Assembly (NCBI GenBank): GCA_012295275.1
Contig: CM022675.1
Location: 3,472,001-3,536,000, forward strand
DNA: 64,000 nucleotides
Direction: 5' to 3'
Source of the DNA: Chrysomallon squamiferum
Taxonomy: Eukaryota > Animalia > Mollusca
The notes under the pieces are model-generated. The model did not search any database, had not been told where the DNA came from, and was given only the letters and a program-made list of their open reading frames with translations. A program made the position numbers and the translations under genes. Below are positions 54,391 to 64,000 of the stretch, in pieces (position 1 is the first letter of the stretch; every line of letters starts with the position of its first letter).

Positions 54391-55380
54391 TGTAAGTTGT
54401 AAAAGACAACACAAAGACAGTCATGAAATGTTGGAGATTTTTTCCCCATTAATCACTGTAGTTAGAAAGCTGCTTTATATATATAAATATATATAACAGT
54501 TTTATTCCTGTACATTTATTAATGCTTTCATCCATTCATTCATTCATTCTGAAATATTTTGAAAATAAATTAAGTCAAATGTAAAATGTTAAATTTACTT
54601 TTCAGATAGGACTAAACATTTTAAAAATATTATTATTATTATTATTATTATTTGTGCCAAATTTGAAATAATTCTGCATTGACCAAACAATCTTCGTATG
54701 CCTATCCTCTCTGGGAAAATAAATATAAACAATCTGTTGATAGGGTAATTCTGGATACCTAACATAAATAGTTAAATTGTGTGTCCAGTACATTGTGCTT
54801 AAAACTTAAGAGAACAAGAAAACTGAGTTTTAAATATATTACATATATAATACAGATATTAATACAAGACATATACACAAATAAAATATACAGCCTTTTG
54901 AGGACAGAACTATATTTCTATTAATAAATTACTTATTTTACACACAAACAAACATTTGTATACTTTAATTACAGATTTAAATCTTAAAAAAAACATTCAA
55001 AAATTAGTTTTCATTTACAAAATAAATAAATAGCTTCTATTTGACATTTAGTTTTGATGTATTATTTTTATTATTGACATTTACAAGCATCAGTTGTAAC
55101 AGTTTAACTTTTCATAGCAAATTATTACTTCATTAGTAAATGTTTTAAAGTAAATTGACACAGATTCACCTATCACTATAATAATATAAATATAATTCAT
55201 TGATATATATACTTCACATTGGTAGACATTTTAGAGATGGCTGGATTACATGTGTAATTTTATTGACTGATGCTGCTTTGTGATTTTAGCCTTACTCAGC
55301 TATTTATGTATTGTTGATTTATAATTGTTATTTTATAGTCAGAATTGTTTTCATGTTGCTTGACTATTTATATTTTACAG

Positions 55381-56965
55381 ATTTCACTTTCCACACTTCC
55401 ACTCTGGCTGACAAATTTACAACTCGGACAGGTGAGTGAATCTGAAATAATGTTGTTTGTTTGCTTGTTTCTTTATTTGCTAGTTTAGTATTAATTTATT
55501 TGTTTATTTGTTTGTGTATTTATTAGTTTATTTGTTTGTTGGTTTGTCAGTCTGTTTTTATTTATTCATTTGTTTGTTTTATTACTTGTCTGTTATTTAT
55601 TTGATGTTTATGTTGCTTTTTATTAAACAACAACATTAACTACATATATATATATATAAACTGTTAGACAGTAAAAGCAGTTTTTGTCTTGTTTATGTTC
55701 AAAAGTTTTGTATTACGTGTTTTATAGATTTTTCATCAACTCAAGTTCAGATCACCTCCGAAACAACAATTAATTCAGATAAAAATATAAATTTATTTGA
55801 ATATCTGTGTGATAAAATTTGGGGAATGAGTGAAGGGATGATAGTTTCGCAATTAATTAATTAATTTTTATAATTATTTAAAAAATATATATATTTGTTT
55901 GTTTGTTTGTTTATTGATATATTGTTATTGTTTTTATTTCATTTATTGTTTTGTACCCAGTAGATATTTTTCAGATTACAAGAATATTTTTTCTTTGATG
56001 TAAATTAGATGTAACCATTTTGTTACAGATCAAAGTTCAACTGGAAGCACAAAAACGGTTTTAAGTAAAACAAAATCATCAAATTCAGGTAACTTTGTGA
56101 ATGTAGTATTGTTAAATTCAATGTTATTATTTTAAAGCTAAAATAATGTTATATATATATATATATATATATAAACACAGATTAAGTAGAAGTAGTATGT
56201 AAGTATTTGTCATTAAAAACAGTGAACACAAAAATATAAAATGGCTAGTCAGAAAAGTCTAGTGTTCACTTTCTTTTCCTTGGAAACATGAATGTTAGCA
56301 AACAGCTCTTATTAATGGATAATATTTTTTTTTTTTTTTTTTTGCATTTTATAAATTTATATTTTTTGCAGATGTTGCTGTTGGTGTTTCTGTAACTGTC
56401 GTTATACTTTTAGTAGTGTGCACAGTTGTCGCTGTTGTTTATATGAAAAGGTAAATAGAGTTACCATTCTTGATTGATGACTTGCGATAACTCTTTATAT
56501 TTATGTAATAATGTTTCAGTTCTTAAATTATTTACTATATATAATAAACAAACATAGAAATAATAATAATATCAAAAATAATAATTATTATTATCATCAT
56601 TATTATTATTAATGATTGTCATTATTTTTTAATTGTTATTTTATTTTGCTTATTTCATGTTAATTGATTGCTATTTTTGAAAAGTAAATATTAAAAATTT
56701 ATATTTTGTTTTCTCAATCACACACTTTATCTGTTATTGCAGAAAAAATCTTTTATGTTTTCAACAAAAATCAGTAGACGTCGCTCACAACAACAGCAAC
56801 AACTCAGTGACTACGACAACAGCAACAGAAACTGAGAACAGTGCAATCAGTGACTCAAATTATGAGCAACTCAGTATGACTCACAGTTCTGAAAATGAGT
56901 ACATGAACATGCCACGTGAAACAGAACATGTTTACTGTGTAATGGGCTCAAATGTTGAAGATTAA
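55381..56965 (+). CDS. Intact type-2 stalk/TM/tail exon module (not in the ORF track)
   Basis: DFTFHTSTLADKFTTRT / DQSSTGSTKTVLSKTKSSNS / DVAVGVSVTVVILLVVCTVVAVVYMKR / KNLLCFQQKSVDVAHNNSNNSVTTTTATETENSAISDSNYEQLSMTHSSENEYMNMPRETEHVYCVMGSNVED*. Canonical splice sites, with phases matching the family. A further exon-like segment at 55728-55778 has a dead donor. Confidence 0.7.
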
Positions 56966-58035
56966 AACAAATAAAGTTTGACTGAGTGAAATACTCGATC
57001 TGCAAGTTAAAATAAAACTTTTACAAGTGTACTGCATAGTCTGCAGAAATGTTTATTTATTTTTTAATTTTTAATTTTGTTTACTTTCATATTCAGGAAA
57101 ATACTGAAACACAGATTAATCAGATTCACTTAGCATTTATAATAATAATGGCTAATATTTATTTGATAATTATGATAATTAATTAATTTAGAATTACTTC
57201 TTTGTATTAATAACACACACACATATTCAAACAGCTCTACATGCACATTCATTTACATATCTATTTCTGTGTATATCTCTATAGGCACATACACAAACAC
57301 ATATCTGTCTTATCTATCTATTCATATAATCTATCCATATATCTACCTTTCTATCTAATTTTATAGTGTACACATAAAATAATATATACATGTAGGGGCT
57401 GACAGCTGATAAATATTTCACTTACTTTTTAAATGCAAACTACTAATTATTCACAAAAATACAAAACACACAACTACTCTTCACAGTCAAAATTTACATC
57501 AGAAACATCAAGTGTAATAATGATCTGTTCTCTCTGTGAGACTTATTTAACTAATTCCTGTTCCAACTGGTTATCTTAACATGTTTATCAAGATTACTGT
57601 AAAATGATTATTTATTAATGTCAGTACTGAACAGCCTTTACTTCCCTAATTACAAAAATATTTTGAGAAATGGAGAAGTGTATTTAGAATTTTTAAAATT
57701 AAAGCCACAATAATGAATGTGTATGTGTGTAAATGAAAGATTGTAAAACACAGAAGTAATTTTTTCTTAAAGTTGTGTAATTCAGAGATGGTCACACAAA
57801 ATATTTCCTGTTCCAGTCAATACCAGTGACTGGTTTTCCTGTCTATGAGAGGGTATATATTTTGTTAATAATAAACGAGAGTAGTCCATGCTGTGCTATC
57901 ATTAGGTTTCCTCTCCATACTTTTATGATTCTTAACACTGATATATCACCTTGTAATTATATATTACAAATTAATAAAGCATCTCTTCTTCCTATGACAT
58001 CAAGAAATGACAAAACAACACAGAATTATTAACAA

Positions 58036-61000
58036 TCAACCTCTCACGGAATCAAGGTGGTTATAATCATCACTGGTGTAGTCAGCATTTTTCAGATCCA
58101 TGTCAGCGATGTGGTTGTACGTCTCATTATGAGAAAATGTCGACTTTGGTGCTGTTGTATTGTAATCACCTTCCATGACGTCTCTGATGTGGTTGTATGT
58201 TTTCTCATGAGTAGACATGGACTTTGGTTTTGAGTCAGCTGTATCATAATCATCTTCAATGCTGCTTTCTGTGTAGTTGTAGTTGCTAGTCTGTCAACAA
58301 TGTGTAACCTAGATGTTTTGTTTTTCATCTTCATGTTTATCTGACTGTAGACATTAGAACTTGATTTAACTTGATTGCTGTTATTTAGGACGTTGTAGTC
58401 ATCATCAGTGTTGTTGTTGTAGCTGTTGTTTGTTTGAACATTTGCTGCATTCAAATGAGTTGCCAGTTCGTAATCACTGGAGTTAGACTTGGTTGCCATG
58501 GTAACATTTGTTAAAGTTTCAAACTCGTAACGTGAATCAGTGTCTGGTTTGATCTCATCGTAATCTGACAAGTTTTGCTGATTCACAGATCTGATTTGTC
58601 GAGTGTTGCTGCTTTCTGGTTTAGTCTTGAAACAAAATTTATGTGATCTGAAGAGAAAAAAACAACAACAAACAAACAAAATAATTAAACAGAAATAAAG
58701 AAATAGACAAATAATTAAACAAATAAACAAACAATCAAATAGTTAACAACAAACAAATGAATAGAGAAGCAAACAAATATAATTAAAAAAAACAATAGAA
58801 GATAAATAAATAAACAAAATATAATAAATAAATATAAATAAGCAAACAAATGAATAAACAAAAAACAAATAAACAAAATGTATTGCATGTAGAAACATTT
58901 CGAGATTAATAATAAAAAAAAAAGAATTAATAAGCTTGAAAAGTAGAAAACAGAAAAGATTTTATGTTTACCTTTTCATCCAAACTGTCACAACAACAAC
59001 TCCAGCTATGAGTAGAATTAGAGTAACAGAAACACCCACAGCAACACCTTCATAAATAAATAAATAAATAAAATATAAATATATATATTCTGACAGAATA
59101 TCAATAATTATACATTATCTGTTGAATATAATTATCTTAAATCAATTTTAGTTAAGATTAGTATCATACAGTTACATTTTACGGAAAGTATTTTTACATT
59201 TTGCATGACATTTCTTTCTTTTTATTTTTTCACAGGTAAATAAAATGTATTTTATTTTGTTTCTTAATAAATTTTTGTGCAAGCATACTAATTAAAGTGA
59301 AGAAATAAATATTAAAAACTGAAATAGTCATTCGTTTTAAATTTTTACCTGTTTGATCTTTTTTATCTACAATAATAACAATAATTACAACAGTAATAAC
59401 ATCAACAAGAAAAATACAGCGACAACAACAACAGTATTAACAACACTAATAATAACATTAACAATAACAACACCAAGACAACACAAATAATTATAGCAGT
59501 AGTAGCAGTGGTGGTAGTAACAATGATAATAATGATGATGATAGTGATAAAATAAAATTATAATGATAATAATAATAACAACAATAGCAATAACACTAAA
59601 AATGTCATAATAAAAACAACAATATTAAAATAGTGTTTTTTACTTGTAGTACTAAAACAACAACAGCAACAACTACTATTAATAAAAGAACTTCTACAGT
59701 TCTGCTATTATTAATTTCTATACAATATTAAATAATACCTAATATTTTATTATTTTGTAAGAATTCTGTGTTACATCAAGTATGTATACATGTTATTTTA
59801 AAATGTTACGGTATTTCATTTAATGTTTTTTATTTTTTGTTTTTTATTTATTTATATATTTTTAGTAGGTTTGGAGAGTTATTTATTTGTTTGTTTGTAA
59901 ATTTAAAGAAATTATTAATTAAGTATTTATGAAGGATAATAATTATTTTACTTGTTATGAAAGCGAACGGAGTTGTCTCCCTTCCAGACTTTACCGACGC
60001 AGACGACTCGAAAACAGTTTTCTCGTCTTTAGAAGCTGGTGTTTTGGTACTTGCAACTAACAAATTTGAATGAGATAAACTCGTATGTTTTAAGAAATCT
60101 GACGCACGTTTTCTGAACAGATCTTAATTAGATCATCACTCGAATATGCCATTTTATTATCAGAATATGTTAATATTACATAATGTTATTACTTTACAAG
60201 TACTCAGGAGAAGAAAACAGCAAACAAACCTGTCTATCTTTACATCTCTAATGTGTAACTATATGTATTTGTTCGTGTATGTATGTGTTCATGTATATAT
60301 GTATGTATGTATGTATGTATCTATCTATATGTCTATGTATTTGTCTATCTGTCCATTGATACATTTTTTATATATATAAATTTCTTAATATCAAAAGATT
60401 AAAAAATATATTAGTATTGATATCTGGACTTGGTAGATTAAATGTTCGAAAATTCGAATCTGTAATATATAAAAAATTATAATTACTAAAAACACATTTT
60501 AAAATATTAATATCCTGTAAGTGATGATAAAAAATAATCGGTGTTACCAGATAAACAAAATAGGGTAACAAGATCAGATTTCATATACTGGATGCTTAGC
60601 AGTTCCCTGAACATTTTATTTTACTCCTTAATAGTATGCTTCAAAACAATCTGTGAATAAATAATTAAATAAATTAATTAATTAATGATACTTACTACTA
60701 ATACAAATGGCGGAGTGGACATCACTACAGTTACTAATTGAAAATGCAGTTTTGCCGTTTGAGAATTTTTCTAACAACAGGCAGCCATTTTGTGTAATGT
60801 TTATATTCAGTGTCATATATTCTGAAATAACATTATCTTTTTATTAAATTATATAGCTGAAAAGCGTATTGGTATAGTTCCTAAGAATAAACAAATAAAA
60901 ACATCAAGTTAATAATAATAATAATAGATAATAGATAATTATAATAACAGAAATAACAAAATAAATAAATAAATAAATACGTAAATCAAATCAGAATGGA

Positions 61001-63672
61001 CGAAATCAATGTAAATTAGAAAAGAGAACATAAATAAAAATTGAAAACTGTTTTTAATTACTCACTGTAAAAACTGTCAAACCAAACTATTTGTTTGTAA
61101 CGTTTTAGTCCAATCCAGTACTGTACTCCACCCCATATTTTCTCTAATTAATTCAGCATTGTTACTGTTTAGTTTTGTTAATGAACAAGCTGAGTTAGCT
61201 GAAAACCAGCTGTGAGCCATGTCATGATGATAACACGAAGTATTGTTGTAATTTCCAGTACCTGTAGAAAACAAATAATATCAAGGTAGTTTGGTGAAAT
61301 AAAAATCAACAATATAGACATGAAGTGATTGTCTTCGTATATAAATTTTTGTTGCTAATAAAACATTTTATTGACGATTAAAGACATTCACCACACACAT
61401 TTCGAGAAACGGCTAGAAAAAAAAATTAGAACAACAAAGTAAAGAAAATCCCCAAAACCCAGAACATCAGCAACAACAGGTCCACTATTTTTACAGCTGT
61501 GAACTTTACAATTTATGAAAATAACATTCTAAGAGAAATATTAACTCACAGTTACAGACAAATCCTCTCTGTCTGTTACAGTTTTTGTCTGTTTTCACAA
61601 AAGTATTTACACTTTGTTCTTCAATGTAACCACAAATACCATCAATATCAGGTGACCATGTAACATAATTGAATGTCAAATCTGTAAATAAATAGATAAA
61701 ATAAGTAAACAAACAACAAAGTATGTAATAAAGATAATAAATAAAGGAAATGAAATTGAATAAGAAAATATAACAAATTTAATTTAAAACATTTTAATTA
61801 AATTCACATCACAACATATTTAAAAATCTGGAATACCGAAATACTATGGCAACTGGATCGTCGTCAAATTTTAACCAGTCATTAAGTAAACCCAAATAAA
61901 TAAATAAATAAATACCATCTATATTAGAGAAACAGATAAGTGCAAAAAAGACTACAGTCGTAAACAAGATTTTACCTGTTTTATAAATACTCATTGTGTT
62001 TTCAGTCCCACAGTTTTCATCGGGGTTTCCTTGACAACCAGTCTTATTTTGTCTTTGAACAGATCCATCTGAAACTTTATTCGAGCTTCTCGAGTTAAAA
62101 CAGTAACATTTCTCTCCCTGCAATACAAACATTTAAAAATACATTTTTTACCACTTTCACATCAACTGATTCTGTCTCCCTTTCCAAATTTAACAAAAAT
62201 GCATTTAATGTTACTTACTAACCTGCAATCCCACATATATTACACCTGCAGAAGTTTTCTTTTGTTGACATTCGTAGTAACATCGGCTTGCCTGGTTGTC
62301 GTATTTGAGTTGATAAAAGTGTTCAGACTGTGATTCATTCACTTCTCCAATATAATTAAACAAAGGTGTATTGTCCACTGTAATCCAAACTTAATTTGTT
62401 TAATACAATTGATTTTAAAAATAATATATATATATAGAATATGTTTTTAATATAACATTTAGTCTGAAAGACATATGTACACACAGATACAGATGAATAC
62501 ACACACACACAGATCATTTTATTTCAGATGGAGTTTCTTATTTTGCTAGAGATTTTCAAAACAAATGTTGTGAGAGCTCCCCAAGTATTCAGAAGTTTTG
62601 ATGGTTGATTTAATTTGGGCATTATTCCTCTCAAACTGTGGTTCTTTAATTTCCTAGGGCTGTTTGAAGAGAAGAGTGTATAAAAGAATTTGATTATTCA
62701 TGGTCTTTTGCTCCTCTGATTAGTAACTGTTATGTGTCTATAGTAAAAAAATGTTTTTATAACCCCTCCCTTCAAACAACTCTAGCAAATTAGTGATACC
62801 AGTTTGAGAGTATTACTGGTATTCCAACAGTCTTGCAATGATGTCGAAACTAAATCTACCTTTCTGACTACTCGGGATACTACGAAATCGATTTCTAGGC
62901 CTCTTTTAAAAATCATCTCCCAGACTATTAGAACCATACGTATATTATACACTATACTGATATTCAACAAACAAAACAGCAACAACAATAATAACAACAA
63001 CAGCAAAACAACAACAACAACAATAACAATAATAATAAATAATCCAGACTTATATAATACAATCATTGTAAAAATAAAAAAAATAAAATAAAAACAGGAC
63101 AAAAAAGAAAAACAAAGGCACATAAATAATAATATTTGTGCAAATAAAATCAGTTGTCGTAAATACAATGTTAATGTCTTAACTAGTCGTTCCTATTGTT
63201 ATGGACTTGACTAGATGCTATCTATGCGGCTATTAACAGGAAAGAAAAAAATAAATGTGTACATGTCTGATACAATTTTTTGTTGTTTTCATTATATAGC
63301 ATGTAGCCATTATAAATTCACAGTAAGCAACATTAGCAAATATATCGATTATATACAATTTACAAATCAACTTGTTCAACATTACACAGAAATACAAATT
63401 TAATACAACTGAATATTCACAGTAGTCACAGCTTTTGGTCTGCTTATTTCTTAAAGTTTGATGATCGTAACTTCACAGTAAAGCAAATTAATAATTTATT
63501 TCACCTGTCCACATCCATGAACTGTACTGAACTTTAGCTCCAATCCAGTAAGATCCAGCTGTGACGTCACTCAGTGATGTAATATCTGACGTACTGTACA
63601 GTTGTTCTCCATGTTGATGACATGTATAAAACGCTGTGTCCCATGTGACGTCATTTAATATACGCAGAGTAG
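58036..63672 (-). pseudogene. Receptor copy F (exon 1 lies beyond the right edge), with frameshifts
   Basis: Exons 63672-63505, 62377-62223, 62117-61976, 61681-61550, 61261-61066 (196 nt, 2-bp deletion), 60821-60696, 60459-60424 (donor AT), 60056-59952, 59366-59349 (18-nt remnant), 59047-58972 (TM), 58647-58036 (4-bp deletion near 58291 plus an in-frame deletion of one Tyr motif). Confidence 0.8.
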
Positions 63673-63769
63673 CTGTAATAAAACAGAATATATTTACTTA
63701 TAAAACAAACATTATAATTCTTTCTTTCATTGATATTATTTATTTACAAAATAAAGAGTATAATTAACA

Positions 63770-63778
63770 TCTCTCTCT

Positions 63779-63839
<61 letters not shown>

Positions 63840-63875
63840 CTCTCTCTCTCTCTCTCTCTCTCGCTCTCTCTCTCA
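63770..63875. repeat. (CT)n microsatellite in intron 1 of F; the equivalent (GA)n is in intron 1 of B (13427-13468)
   Basis: Directly visible dinucleotide run. Confidence 0.9.
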
Positions 63876-64000
63876 ATTAAATTTAAAATTAATAATAATA
63901 TACTTGCAACACATTCGTAAATTATTAAAAATAATTGGGAAGTTTCACTACTTTTAAAAAGATTATTTTCCATAACAAAATTATAACCATAAAAAATAGG

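Noticed and set aside
62560-62960. Insertion in intron 2 of F overlapping ORFs 62782-63168 and 62804-63091
   Set aside because: Probably a decayed repeat fragment, but no diagnostic motif was recognised and the ORFs run into microsatellite.

Overview
Very AT-rich, microsatellite-dense, intron-rich animal DNA (invertebrate; mollusc-like is my inference). Most ORFs in the track are low-complexity noise, and the real genes had to be assembled by hand from GT-AG exons. The window is a tandem and inverted cluster of seven paralogues (A-G) of one type I transmembrane receptor family. The architecture is: signal peptide, a C-type lectin-like domain (CTLD) split by an inserted WSC domain, a second CTLD, a modular Ser/Thr stalk, a TM helix and a tyrosine-motif tail. 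B (13171-20475, +, about 680 aa) looks fully intact. C and A are open but have shortened tails. D, E, F and G are damaged or partial. Two unrelated tail modules occur: a long 13-Tyr tail and a short SNYEQL/YMNM/YCVM tail. Three 5' copies of selenoprotein O are interleaved, two of them truncated pseudogene fragments, along with decayed Tc1/mariner and MULE elements. Order: SELENOO(-), A(-), B(+), SELENOO-psi(+), C(+), D(-), G(+), SELENOO-psi(+), E(+), F(-). All alignments and domain calls were made by eye, with no database searches.
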